From: Octopus vulgaris
Taxonomy: Eukaryota
Assembly: GCA_951406725.2 (NCBI GenBank)
Contig: OX597821.1
Location: 83,948,001 to 84,012,000 of the forward strand
DNA length: 64,000 nt
Direction of reading: 5' to 3'
The notes under the pieces were generated by a model, which worked only from the letters and a program-made list of their open reading frames with translations, was not told where the DNA came from and searched no databases. This document shows, piece by piece, positions 27,351 to 41,529 of this stretch. Made by a program: the position numbers and the translations under genes. Positions within the stretch are counted from its first letter, which is position 1; each line of letters opens with the position of its first letter.

Positions 27351-27753
27351 GTGTGAGTATGTGTATATATATATGTGTGTGCGTGTGTGTGCGTATTCTC
27401 TCTGTTTCTCTGTTTTTATTACTATTTTTCCTCTTCCCAATCCCTTTTTATCCCTCTATATCTCTCAATACACTCCTGATTAATCCTTACACTACAAGTT
27501 GCTGTTTCATCCAATGTAATTTTGTATGTTTTTTTTCTTCTTTAAAATCTTTATGTGATGAAGTTCGCATAGGAAATCCCATCCATGTTTTCTCCATGTA
27601 TGTATTACGTAACTCATATCCCGTAATGAAGCATTCGTAACACGGAATTAAAAACATACCAAATTTTCCAGCCCTTGTTTTAACACACACACAAGTATAC
27701 ATGTGTGTATGTAAGTACGTTTGCGCGTGTGTGTGTATATATATATATGTGTG

Positions 27754-27788
<35 letters not shown>

Positions 27789-27949
27789 ATCTATGTATGT
27801 ATGTACGTATGTATGTATGTATGTATGTATGTATGTATGTATGTATGTATGTATGTACGTATGTATGTATGTGTATATATATATATATAAAGTATATTAT
27901 TCTACCTTTGGTATTCACGTACTATTTTTCCACACACACACACACACAT

Positions 27950-28128
27950 AAGTAGAATTCACAAAAAAACAAAAGACGAAGACAGGTGGTGTTAGACAAC
28001 AAACAGATGTATTAGTATAACGCTCGGGAAGTGAAAAATTCTTTAACGTTTCGAGCCTACGCTCTTCCACAGAAAGGAACACAGAAAGAAACAAGGAGAA
28101 AAAAATAAAGAATGTGTAGTGGCTAGCG
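27950..28128 (-). mobile_element. Related pLTR-type repeat with hammerhead-like motif at 28041-28076
   Basis: CUUU-CUGUGGA-A-GAGC-GUAG-GCUC-GAAAC-GUU-AAAG. Confidence 0.55.
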
Positions 28129-28130
28129 AA

Positions 28131-28187
<57 letters not shown>

Positions 28188-28766
28188 AACACACACATAT
28201 ATATACTATATATATATACATATATATATATACGAGCGGTTTCCACACGTTCTCCGTCTACCAAATTCACTCTTCACGCATTAGTTGTTCTGTGGCTATA
28301 GTGCCGCACAGTGGGACTGAACCCGAAACCCAATAGTTGCCACGCAAGCTTCTTAATCCCGGAGACATGTCCCTTTCAAAAATTTGAGAAGCATTGCCGC
28401 AAGACACTCTATCAAACGCCCTAACAAGTAACTACCAGGTCATAGCATATTCTTAATGTGTTTCTAGATATACTAAGTTGGGATAAAAAAGAAATGCATA
28501 ACGTGATGGGCGTGAGTGGAACGATTTTGATAATACACATGATTAATCAGAGCTGACCAGGGAGTTGTACCATGCCAATACATTACCACGCCCTCCACGA
28601 ATTCTGCTGTCAGGTAATGGGAGGTAGGAATGAGATGGATCGTATTTGACAGGACACAGATCAGCGTTAATGATGTGACACGAACCCAGAACTAAAAAAA
28701 TAACTCGGCTAAGAATATTGACACCTTATCTACCCACCCAAGGCAGCTACCCTCTCCACCATCAAT

Positions 28767-28816
<50 letters not shown>

Positions 28817-29789
28817 ATACACACACTCCATATATATTTGATGAAACCGGTGAACCGTAAAGAAATGGACAGTAGTGTATTGTGACCTCATTTTTGAATT
28901 TTTTTGTAGGTGTGAGTGAAATAAGTGTTATGTTTAATATGTATGATGAGTGAAGAATGTGGCGGATGGGGGTTGGAAGGAGGGTTGGGAGGGGGGAGAA
29001 GAGGGTGTGCGTCGGTTTTATAGTCCACACTTGAGTGACTCTGGCCAGATCGCGTCCGTAAGGACGCAGGCTCGAAATCTCGGAACATATTTGTTCGCTA
29101 AGTCATCTGTCTGGATGGAGAGAGAGAGAACCCTTGATATTAAATACCACTGTAATGTCAAATGAAACAACACCAAGAACGACAACAACAACAACATCAA
29201 TACCTACAAAAACAAAAACATTAACAACAACGAAAACAACATTATCAGTTATTTATTACGAGTGGAAAAAATATGGACGTGGTTGTGTGGCTAAGAATCT
29301 CGTTTTGCAACAACATGGTACCGGGTTCAGCTCCACTGTGCTGTGCCTTAGGCAAGTGTCTTCAACTATAGCTCCGGGCCGACCAATGCCGTGTAAGAGA
29401 GAATTTCCTGGACGGATACTGTGTGGAAGCACGTGATGCGTGTGCGTGTGTGTGAATATCATGAGAGATACTGTTGCTCGTGTCAGCTCGCAGCGCCTCC
29501 CAGTCCGGTTTATGTGACTGAAGAGGAGATAACCCTCCGAAATGCATGCATTCTACCGACTGATCAGGTAGTGCAGAGGGCTGATTCGACATTATGAATG
29601 GTATATGCAGTAATTACAACTTCTTTCGTCCAGTTTTCATTCTATTATTTTATCGTAATCTACCCAGTTGCAATTGTCGCATTGTCCTTTGAAGAACGAA
29701 ATTACGATTTGTTTGTACTTGAGTCAACTAAAAGATAATTTCGCTACTTCATTAATTATTGGTAAGTTCTAGAGAAACATCCACCATAT

Positions 29790-30010
29790 GGTTCTGTCCT
29801 TGTTGTGCTGTGTTCGCTTGTGTGCCTCAATAGCACAGAGGGCTATGCAAGTGGAGCACAAGCTACGGGTAGGTCCTCTCATGTAAGACAGGTTGAAGAC
29901 CGGAGGCTAGAATAATGCGGAACAACTCTTCCGAAATGGTGAAAATGGGTTTGCATAGGGCCAATACCCCTGCCTAGAAAAGAAAAAAAAAAACAAAGTT
30001 AGAGAAGCGG
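29790..30010 (+). mobile_element. Probable RTE-type LINE 5' UTR fragment (similar antisense piece near 34030-34270)
   Basis: GAGGGCTATGC...GCTACGGGTAGGTCCTCTCATG motif; recalled resemblance only. Confidence 0.3.
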
Positions 30011-30128
30011 CAATGACAAATCAAAATCCAAGATTTGAGAGAGGAGAGAAGCAAAGAAAGATATTTCAGAGTTGAGAACAGACAACTGTAACAAGAGCAT
30101 TACTGCTAGAATAACACAAAGGAAGGAG

Positions 30129-30365
30129 AAGGCTGCGAGCTGGCAGAGTGGTTAGCACGCCAGGCGAAATGCTTAGAGGTAATTCGCCTGCCGTTACGTT
30201 CTGAGTTCAAATTCCGCTGAGGTCGACTTTGCCTTTCATCCTTTCGGGGTCGATTAAATAAGTACCAGTTACGCACTGGAGGTCGATGTAATCGATTTAT
30301 ATCCCTTTGTCTGTCCTTGTTTATCCCCTCTATGTTTTGCCCCTTGTGGACAATAAAGAAATAAG
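30129..30365 (+). mobile_element. SINE B (tail type 2) with 13-bp TSD
   Basis: ACAAAGGAAGGAG (30116-30128) / ACAAGGGAAGGAG (30366-30378). Confidence 0.9.
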
Positions 30366-30691
30366 ACAAGGGAAGGAGTGGATAAAGTTCAGGGAGCTGC
30401 TGCTACTTCTGTTTTCAACAAATGGGTTTCTCAATAGAAAGCATTCAATTTGTTAGAAATAGCAACACAGTTTTCTCTCAATACTTGGCCTATACACCGT
30501 AGGGAGTGAAGAACTTAAAAGTAATTTCATAATGTATTTTTCTTTCGCCATTTTTTGATGTTCTGTACTTGCATGTACTTTAAAAGTGTTATTTTCTTGC
30601 ATTTAAGTGGTTGAATTATTATTCTCAAACCAAAGTCAACTTCGACTTTCAGAGCTGAGAAAAATGGAGAACAGTCATCAATGGCCTATTA

Positions 30692-30864
30692 TCTATAGGC
30701 CATCTATATGTAGCTAATGTTCTGTAGGCCATCTATATGTAGCCAATGTTCTGTAGGCCATCTATATGTAGCCAATGTTCTATAAGCCATCTATATGTAA
30801 CCAATGTCCTGTAGGCCATCTTATGTAGCCAATGTTCTGTAGGCCATTTATATGTAGCCAATGG
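30692..30864. repeat. 29-bp minisatellite, ~6 copies
   Basis: Unit TCTGTAGGCCATCTATATGTAGCCAATGT. Confidence 0.9.
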
Positions 30865-30899
30865 CTTCAGTGAAAAAATACATGGTATAATGTGGATAT

Positions 30900-31376
30900 C
30901 TTTTATCTATTACATGTTTCAGTCATTGCACTGCGACTATGCTGGGGCAGCACTTTGAAAGAATTTAATCGAACGAATGGACCCCAGTACTTACTTTTAA
31001 AGTCTGGTACATATTCTACCGGTTTTTTTATCGAACCGCTACGATACGAGACGTAAGCAAGCTAACACCGGTTGTTAGGCGGCGAACTGGCAGAAACGTT
31101 AGCACGCCGGGCGAAATGCGTAGCCGTATTTCGTCTGTCGTTACGTTGTGAGTTCAAATTCCGTCGAGGTCAACTTTGCCTTTCATCCTTTCGGGGTCGA
31201 TAAATTAAGTACCAGTTACGCATTGGGATCGATGTAATCGACTTAATATTTATGTCTGTCCTTGTTTGTCCCCTCTGTGTTTAGCCCCTTGTGGGTAATA
31301 AAGAAATAGGTTGTTAAGCGGTGGTAGGGAACAAAGACAAACACAAAGACACGCACACTCACACACTCAAACACAC

Positions 31377-31435
<59 letters not shown>

Positions 31436-31590
31436 AACACAAGAACATACAGGGGATTTTTTCAGGGGATTCAAATCCACTCGGTCGGCTCAGGGCTATA
31501 GTAGAAGACACTTGTCCAAGGTTCCACGCAGGGGGACTGAACGTGATACCATATGGTTGGAAAGCGAACATCTTACCGCACAACCACGTC
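30900..31590 (-). mobile_element. SINE A interrupted by a + strand SINE B (31078-31308) with TSD GGTTGTTA
   Basis: GGTTGTTA directly precedes the SINE B head and follows its AAAGAAATA tail. Confidence 0.85.
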
Positions 31591-32146
31591 TTGGAGGTCA
31601 TAAATTTAAAAGTCATCATTGATGGTTAATGGGTCGACGTGTGAATTTACCATTATCTCTATTGCTTATTATTCCTCAGTTGATTTGTGTGAAATGCAGA
31701 AACTTTTGTACAGTTCCAGCTTATCTGTTATTATCGTTTCAGTACCTGACTGCTAAAAGTTATAATTTGTTTACATTTCCCAAGAAGTCAAAATGTTTCA
31801 GATAGAAAGCTTCTAATTAAGAAGCTACATTGTTTAATTACTTAATTACTTTCTCAAAAGTTTTATCTATGCTGCTTGTAACCGAATAGAAGGATACGAT
31901 GTAGAATTAAACAATAAATTGCCCTACACTTCCCTACACTTTTTAGAGACCGGATACGCGTCCCATCCTATAAGGTTTTGTTTGTTGTCATCGTCTCTGC
32001 TCCCTAGACTCCTCGGGTATCCTAGTTAGTTGGTAAGTCCTTGACTCTATATAAATTTTCAATACCTTACACATGTGTAAAGCAGGTATATTTTTATGAA
32101 ACTCTGTGGCGATGTATAAATATAAAAAATAGTAACCAATATCTTC

Positions 32147-32182
32147 GTAGAGCGTAGTTTTGATCTACGGACATCTGGGCCC
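32147..32182 (-). pseudogene. 3' half fragment resembling initiator tRNA-Met
   Basis: Minus strand GGGCCCAGATGTCCGTAGATCAAAACTACGCTCTAC, with the GATC T-loop typical of eukaryotic tRNAi-Met; 5' half missing. Confidence 0.5.
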
Positions 32183-32219
32183 TCATTTTAGCACACACAC
32201 CGTTTCTCTCCTCTCTATC

Positions 32220-32640
32220 TATTTAATACTACCACTACATTCTCAAAACCTTCATTCACACCACAAGAACCTTTGACTGAACAGCACATGGAATCTACGT
32301 CTCCACACTTTCCATTTGTAATGACAAAATATGACCCTGGAAAAGAAGCATTTCTGCCACTTCTACTCACCACTTTCCTTGGATAATGGAACTGCAACTA
32401 TAACATCTTACATATATTTTAATTTTTGCTATTACTTTTTCATTTCCCTTTATGCTTCTTATTTCCATTCTTTTCCAGAATAACTCCTTATATTGAATTC
32501 TACTATTTCCCTTTTTGTAACCATCTCTCATCGTCTCTGATGAAGGGGTATCGCTAATATTCTAGAAATAGCTGTAAAACTAACTTTCTCTTTATAGATG
32601 TCCTGAAAGTTCAATACAGCCTTGACTTTGTTGTCGCATT
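32220..32640 (+). mobile_element. Decayed Penelope-like 3' end/pLTR with degenerate hammerhead (32533-32580)
   Basis: GTCT-CTGATGA-AGGGGTAT...ATTCTA-GAAAT-AGCT-GTA; same family as the antisense copy at 62945-63053. Confidence 0.5.
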
Positions 32641-32654
32641 TTATTTAACACACA

Positions 32655-32746
<92 letters not shown>

Positions 32747-32750
<4 letters not shown>

Positions 32751-34008
32751 GTCACAAAAAAATATATGCCATCTTCAGGAGAAAAGAAAGACGTGTAGAA
32801 ATGTTTTAATACTAAATTTATTCAGAATTCGCTGGATTAATACAAGCTACCTGTAACCTCTACAGTTGCAAGCGGTGCTCGAAGTGGTGGTCATTAGCTT
32901 CCAGACATTTATTAGATTAATATAATACAAAGTTACCTTTAACCTTTTTGTTCTTTTTTTTTTAATGACCTGACAATTTCACGGATTCGTGACAAGTTCG
33001 AAACGCATGTGACTGTGTAGGATGTGCAGAAGGGGAAATCCAGCAGGCCTTGTACACTAACGAGTGCTGCTTCTTCGGCTGTGCTGTTGAAACGTTTCAC
33101 ACACTCGCCATGGAAGTCTACTGCACAATTTGACCGCGAGACTAGAAGAAGCAGTACAAGCATTCGGCACATTATTAAAAGAGCTTAAAAGGGGAAAGTT
33201 TACACATCAAGATTATTACATGCAACTTACGATGACGATTCTTATCGAAGAATCGAGTTTTGTGAATGGGTTCAGCACGTGGTAAGTGAGGAGGAAAAGT
33301 TTGCGCGGACGATTGCGTGCGATGATGGGGCACAATTTTAGTTCGACATAATTATGTTTACTGGGTACCATAAAATCCTTGCATGTGGACAAAGCAGTAA
33401 CTATTTCGGGGTTCAATGTCTGGTGTAGGGTATTATCAAGAGGTTTAACAGGGCCATTTTTCTATGAGGATATTGCTATTGGTCAAGCGTACCTATACAT
33501 AATTCGCACGTCCATTTTATCTGCCATGCATGCACTTTATTGAAATGGTGGATTTTTCTTTCAGCCGGTGCACCGCCACACTACTGCCGAGACGTGCGAG
33601 CATACCGGGATGAGAATTTGCAAGGACACTGGATAGGACGAAGAGGGTGCAGTAGAGTTCCCCGCACGTTGTTCTGCTTTAACACCTGCAGACTTTTAGT
33701 TAGGGGGTACCGTAAAGGACGTCGTATTTCACAGAAAACTGGCAACACTGATGGCCCCTCGGAAAGAAACTGAAAAAGATTGTGGCAACAGTCCCTCTGG
33801 ACACATTGGCCAGCGTTGCCCAAGCAGTGGTCACCCTACTAATAAGTGTCCAGAAGCTAATGACCACCACTTTAAGCAACATTTGTAATTATAGAGGTTA
33901 GAAGTAATTTACATTAATCCTACGATATCTGAATAAATTTAGTATTAGAATATTTCTACACGCTTTTCTCTTCTTGAAGTGTGTATACATTGTTTTTGGC
34001 GGACTGTG
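32747..34008 (+). mobile_element. Fossil Tc1/mariner DD41D (rosa-like) transposon with ~170-bp TIRs
   Basis: TIRs 32747-32915 / 33839-34008. Broken transposase LTISRIRDKFETH, GAPPHYCRDVRAY...WIGRRG, EFPARCSALTPADF; 41 residues between the second (mutated) and third catalytic positions after frameshift correction. Confidence 0.85.
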
Positions 34009-35193
34009 TGTGTGCGTATATATATATATACATAAGGGGTAAATACCTTGAAACTAGCCTGCAGATGCCTGACCAGCAAAGGGAAGCGGCTGACCTCCTA
34101 TGTTCGAAGGTTATAATGGACATAGGTTCGTGTGTCACATAGCTAGCTAGAGGCGATGTCCTCTTGGAGCTAATCAACGGCAGCATTCGTCCTATATTTC
34201 TGGACTGCCATATTAGCTAGGCGATAACTATTAATATCCAGTACCTCTGCCATAGTCTCCTTTAGAGAGACTTAGAAATATTAATATATATATATACGTG
34301 TGTGTGTGTGTCTGTGTTTCTGTGTGCATGTTTGTGATTATGTTTGTCCTCCACCATTGCTTCATAACCGGTTTTGGTTTATGTATGTCGCCGTAACCAT
34401 AGCGATTAGACAAAAATGACCGATAAAACAAGTACCAGAATTTGAAAAGAAAAAGTACTGGAAGCGATTTGTTCGGGTAAAAGCCCTTCAAAAGCAATGC
34501 CCTAGCATGGGCACATGGCCGCATGGGTGCATAGCCGAATGGGTGCAATGGCCGAATGGCAACATAGCCACAAGTAACAAATAACGAAAATGATAACAAA
34601 CAACTTCGAAATAGTCTGATAGAAGCAATAGTGGTTGTAATTATGGTTGTAGATGTTAAGGCGAAACTCTGGACCAAACGATCGTAATGGTTGTTCTATG
34701 TATTAGGTGATGGATGAAGTGTGTTTGTGGTAACTGTAATAAAGTGAAGCGAACAATATGACAGCTGGGCATACAAAAAAAAACAAAAAAAAAAACAAAC
34801 AAATGGAGAATATAAAAAAATAGCAGCCAACCGAAATAAAAAAAAAAAAACCCCAAAACTCACTCCGCTTTATATTGGAGTGTTAAACAAACTAGCGATT
34901 GTCCAGTATTCCACCATTTTTTTTTTATCGATATTTCTGCAGAGTTGGTGATGATGGTGGTGGTGGCGGTGGATGTTTTTTTACAACACTCCCTATGAGA
35001 CCCCTAACGGATCAAGAGAGGCTTATAAAGGGTTCAGTAAGAATTAGTGATGGGGACTACAATTCAGACCATTCATAGATTCATTCAAGCAATTTCATAT
35101 CAGGATGAATGAGTCTTCGGAATGAGGGTGGATTTTTTTCCTTTCTTTGCCTTTTTTTTGCTTCATTTGTGCGCGCGCGCATGTCGCTGTGTG

Positions 35194-35224
<31 letters not shown>

Positions 35225-35379
35225 TTCCCAATGTAGCTTGATAAAGAGAAGCAGGTCTGATAATAATAATATTCCTATTTATTGTTGCTGTTTGTTTGTT
35301 ATTGTTGTTATTTTATATGTATGCATGTGTGTGTGTGTGTGTAAATAGATTGATAAGTACAGATAGTATACATACATAT

Positions 35380-35431
<52 letters not shown>

Positions 35432-35897
35432 ATATATATATACATATATATATATATGTATATATATACATACACACACACATATATATATACATATATA
35501 TGTATATATATATATATGGTGACGTCATATATGTGTGTATTCAGCTTTGTAGATATAGATAGATACATACATACATACAGACATACATACATATATAAAT
35601 ACATACATACATACATGCATACATACATACATACATATATAAATACATACATACATACATATATAAATACATACATACATACATATAAATATATATATAT
35701 ATGTACACACATACTCACAAACAAACATACACCTGAAGTCCACCATTTTGTTTCTCAGCATGCATCACGTGACCGTCTGGATATAAAAAAAATGTATGGT
35801 TCGTTTGTTAACGTTCGTCGACAGAACTTTGAGAAGAGAATGAAGCTAATAGGATAAGCTATTCCGCACCGATCCCACTCTGTTGTTGCTATTGTTA

Positions 35898-35952
<55 letters not shown>

Positions 35953-36150
35953 ACATAAAACATCTTTCATCGAGAGGTAAAGAATGTATTTCGTTTACTT
36001 TATTGTTTCTTGACATAATCACCAAATCTTCCTCTTTTGTCTGACTGTTTCTTGTCTACCTGCCAGGCTGGCTGTCTGCCTGTTTGTCTGCCTGCCAGTT
36101 TCCCCCCACCCCCGCTCTTTTTCTTTCTTTCTCTGTGTGTTAGTCTGTTA

Positions 36151-36182
<32 letters not shown>

Positions 36183-36333
36183 TCCCACTTGCATTTCTTT
36201 TCTTATCTTTCTGTTTCCTTTCTTCCTCTTTCTCTCTCTCTCTCTCTCAAAAATAAAGACCATTCAACACTAATTTGCAAACCATTTGACAAATCGAAAA
36301 ACATACGTAAAAGTATATGTATGAACGTGTTTG

Positions 36334-36383
<50 letters not shown>

Positions 36384-36659
36384 TACATTCATACGTATAT
36401 ACATAGAAGAACACATAGGCTCTCCCCGCCTACACATATAAATATAGATATATACACAGACACAAAAATACATTTACTGTTACGCCACATGAGTGTTTGT
36501 AAATACACGTTTAAATATGTGTAAATATTATTTACCTAAGTTATGTATGTATGTATGTATGTATGTATGTATGTATGTATGTATATCTAACTATACGTGC
36601 ATATGTGATATATATATATATATATATATAGTGTGAGAGTGAGGGGAACAAATAAGTGG

Positions 36660-36787
<128 letters not shown>

Positions 36788-36842
36788 GGATGGATAGATA
36801 GATAGATAGATAGATACGCATACTCACACACACATGGATATA

Positions 36843-36878
<36 letters not shown>

Positions 36879-37224
36879 TATGTGTATGTATGTGTGTATG
36901 TATGTATGTATGTATGTATGTATGTATGTATGTATGTATGTATGTATGTATGTATACGCAAACCAATAATAATGTTTATATACTTATATACGTTTTCTAC
37001 ATGCATTTCATACATAAAGACACAATATTCAGTGAAATGATATCCGGTAAAAATTAAAGTATATTCAACATGGCTGAGATGAGAGATCGACTTTGAAACG
37101 ACACGGAGCACCGTTGTAGAATCAAGCTCACTCCTGCTGCCAAAGATTTTCCAAAGATGAGAGCTCGGCCATATTCTAGACCCCTTTTTCCTTGTTTATC
37201 AACTATGATTATATTCTCGCATTT

Positions 37225-37382
<158 letters not shown>

Positions 37383-37867
37383 GTTTATTCATGTATTTAT
37401 GTAAACATTATCCAGTGTTTTGAATTCGCTATCTTCGACCCGTGTAGGTTCATCTTGTTCTTCTTTTGCGTATTTTTATCGTCTGTTTTTTTTCTTTTCT
37501 TATTTTTTTTTTGGTGTATACATGTGTGGAGGGGTGGGCGCCCTAGTTCCTTACTTTCTTCCTTTATTTTTCCTCTTCTGTATCATCGTATAATAATCAT
37601 GGAATATAGATAAAGTTAAGAAAGTTAGAAAAACAGAAAGACAAACCGACAGACAGACAGACAGACAGAACCACATGCAGACAGGCAGATATGCAGACAT
37701 ACAGACACACACACACTTTCGTGTTTACCTTGAAAGTAACACCTGCCAGCTAAGGTAGGGAGTGTTTTGACTGGGAATGCCGAAACCATCTTTTTGTTCA
37801 TGCCATTTTATTATTCTTGTCAACGGCCATTCTCGTTGGTAAATAACAGAAACAATCATGACCCTCC

Positions 37868-38026
37868 CACACCACCACCACCACCACCACCACCACCACC
37901 ACCACCACCACCACAATCATCGTCATTGACATCATCATCGCCGTCGTCGTCATCATTATCTGCAGCAGCAGCAGCATCCACAATACCATCATCACCTTCA
38001 TCATCATCGTCGTCGTCGTCATCATT

Positions 38027-38077
<51 letters not shown>

Positions 38078-38129
38078 GTCGTCGTCGTCGTCGTCATCAT
38101 TATCATCATCATTTTCATCATCATCATCA

Positions 38130-38165
<36 letters not shown>

Positions 38166-38514
38166 TCATCGTCATCGTCATCATTATCCTCATCATCACC
38201 ATCATCATCATCTTCATCATCATCATCATCATCATCATCGTCATCATCATCGCATCATCATCATCATCATTTTCCTCATCGTCATCATCATCGCCATCAT
38301 CATCATCATCGTCATCATCATCGCATCATCATCATCATCGCATCATCATTATCATCATCATTTTCCTCATCGTCATCATCATCGCCATCATCATCATCAA
38401 CAACATCATCATCATCATCATCGCTATCGCATCATCATCATCGTCATCATCATCATCATTTTCCTCGTCGTCGTCGTCTCCGTCGTCATCATCATCGCCA
38501 TCATCATCATCATC

Positions 38515-38586
<72 letters not shown>

Positions 38587-38591
38587 GTCAT
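37868..38591. repeat. (CAC)n/(CAT)n/(CGT)n compound microsatellite
   Basis: Directly visible. Confidence 0.95.
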
Positions 38592-38609
38592 CTGGTAGAA
38601 TCGCTAGAT

Positions 38610-38737
38610 CGAACATGGGTAACCGTTTTTCAGGAAGCGTGCCGCATGAGATATGGTTGATCATCAGGTGAAAGTAATTTTTTTTTTCTGATATGCCATT
38701 CAGAATTTCCTCCCGAGCCGCAGTTTGCCCATGACTG
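38610..38737. mobile_element. hAT MITE inserted in a SINE B head
   Basis: Ends CGAACATGGGTAA / TTTGCCCATGACTG; 8-bp flanks CGCTAGAT / CGCTGGAG; SINE B sequence continues on both sides. Confidence 0.6.
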
Positions 38738-40149
38738 CGCTGGAGATCATCTGAAAATTGCCTTGCGATATTTATTCTAGCTCTTTACGTTCTGAGTTCA
38801 AATTCTGTTAAAGTCAACTTGGCCTTTCGTACCTTCGAAGGGCCAAACCATTCTTGTGGAGGTTGATGGGATCGAAACCATTATTAGTTTTACCGTGGTC
38901 GGTTTGGCAGAATTGGTAGAGCGCAAGGGCCCGGGAACAGGGGGTGCAGCGGGTGTACCTGCACCCCTTGGAATTTTCAGGTGGTGCAAGATCAAAATTT
39001 GCAACCCCTACATAATTTTACCAGTTTCAGAAAATAGTGTCTAAAATATTATCAGTATAAGATGCTTGAAGCTAGATTTCGTTTCAAAGCAAAAACAAAG
39101 AACAAACATAAATAAATAAAAGTGATGAAGCTGGGCTTAAAATTCCCAAAGGAATTTATGACTAACCAACTTCTGAAGCAAAGTAGCATCAAAATAAAAA
39201 GTATGTGACAACAACAACAGTAACAGCAAACAACAAGAACAACAATATGACCAGCATCTACGGCTATTCTTCAATAGCCGTAGATTCTTGAAGACAGCTC
39301 TATTCTGACAAAAATAGCTCCAAAATCTTGCAATGCTTGAAAATGTGTGAAGGTTCTTGTCCTCTCTCAGTTCTTTGAAGTTGATGTCGCTAAAAACTGA
39401 CGACATGGTTGAATGGATTCGACTGTTTGACCCCAACCTAAAAATAAAAGCCCTTTAAAAATTCTTTCAGTCATATCGGTTTTCTCATTTAGGTTGTTAG
39501 GTCTAAAGTTTGACAAGGGAACAAAATGATTTATTTTTATCTTTGATATTTAATGCTCATTGTTTAAATGCTTTGATACTTATTGCTCATTCGAAATACT
39601 AGTCCAGTTTAATAATAAAAAAAAAATTTTTTAAAGGAAACATTTAACTATAAATGATTGCAGACCAACCCCGAAATTACCTAATTTGGAAAGAAATGTA
39701 TTCGACAATTTCAGACTAATTTATATAAAAAGGAAATGATATTAAAAGCATTACCTACTGTCATCCTGACGCGGTTAACCACGAAGATCACTTCAGAGGT
39801 GCTTTTTTTTACTCACAAGTCTAACCCTAGCTGAGGCCAGCACACAGGCTAATATGCTTTTAACAGGGGTCTTTAATTTTACTAATCTTAGCTGGTCCGA
39901 GGATTATATCCAGCCTGGAACCAAGCAACTGATTTGGAGGGATATGAACCCTTTCCTCGATACAACAAAAGACTTTCCCATACAACAAATTATTACCTGT
40001 CCAATTAGGGGAAAATAGCATACTCGACTTTGTTTTTATTCACAATGTTCATGTCATTCCCACAGCTATTTCCAACCAAAGCATTATACAATTATCTGTA
40101 TATGGTACAAAGAAATATCCGACTCGCAGCATGGATTTCTAACCTGAAG

Positions 40150-41205
40150 ATTTTGCCTAACAAATCTTCTCCTTCTTGGAGAATGGATTACAAGGACCAT
40201 GGATGAAAAAGACTTGGTGGGCGTGGTATTTTTGGACTTCGCAAAGGCATTTGACTCCGTTAATCACTGACTTCTCTTGCGCAAACTTCGAGCATTCAAG
40301 ATTCATCCATTGTTGACTTTGTGGATTTCTTCCTTCCTGAGCTATCGAACCTTTTGGGTGCAGATAAATGGAGATCTCTCAGCGGAGACGAATGCATGCA
40401 GCGGCGTTCCCCAGGGATCGGTGCTGGGGCCAATACTTTTCCTTCTCTCTATCAACGCCCTGCCAGATTTTCTTGATGGAAGAGTTCTCCTATTTGCAGA
40501 CGACATCAAACTTGTCTCACCTAGGAATCAATACGACATATTCCAATTGTCGCTGAACCGAGCTTGGAATTGGGCGGAAGAATGGAATCTGAACTTGAAC
40601 GCCTCAAAATGCAGCCATTTGCCAGTAGGTTCACCTCCAAACTCTCCTTTGACTATTGGCCACAAACATCAACATCTTAACATGGTCACTGAAGAAAATG
40701 ATCTCAGCATAATGATCGATACTACTTTCAAACTACCACGGCAGGGTATCGAGGCGGCGAACAAAGCCAGAAGGAATCTTTTCCTCATCCACCGATCCTT
40801 TGCTAACCTTTCAATGGACGTCTTTTGGCCTGTATATATCACTCTAGTTCGACCCATCCTCGAATATTACATCCATGCCTCAAACCCATATCTCCAGAAA
40901 AACATTCAGCACCTGGAATGGGTTCAGCACTTGGCCACCCGAATGGGCGCGGGCTTGTCTAAGCTTGCGTAAGAGGAATATCTCCAACGGCTGGCATTGC
41001 CTTCACTCAAACGACGGAGGATGCAGGGAGATCTCATCCGACTTTCAACATCTTCAACGGACATGTAAGCCTACCATTTGCGGAGATTTTCACCCCTGCG
41101 CCGGATAGAGGTCTTCGTGGGCATGATCGCAAACTCTATCCCCGACACTTTTGTTTCAACAGGCGGAAGGCCGCATTCTCTGTCCGTATTGCAACCCCGT
41201 GCATA
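40150..41205 (+). mobile_element. CR1-clade LINE reverse transcriptase fragment (pseudogenised)
   Basis: VFLDFAKAFDSVNH*, GVPQGSVLGPILF, LFADDIKL, LVRPILEY, LKRRRMQGDL; internal stops. Confidence 0.92.
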
Positions 41206-41529
41206 ATCCAAGCGAATTCTTTGAACCCACAACTCAAGTGCAGAGACACAACTTAAAATTAATATCATAGAAGTTGATATACTTGCGGCTATTAATGATT
41301 TAGGCCCAAACTCAGCATCTGTACCAAACAGTATTCCAGTTATATTGTTAACAAACGTGCCAAAACCACATCATGAAATCATTAAAGGTACTGTTTCAAA
41401 AGTCGCCAGATACCGCCATATTCCCGAGACTATTGAAAGAAGCTATAATAAAACTTATATAGGTACAAAGGAGGTAGCAGTGCTGAAGCTAAAAATTACA
41501 GACCTGTATCCCTCACGTCTTACACGTCT

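Noticed and set aside
40277-40972. Active reverse transcriptase gene
   Set aside because: In-frame stops on both sides of the ORF and most of the endonuclease region is missing.
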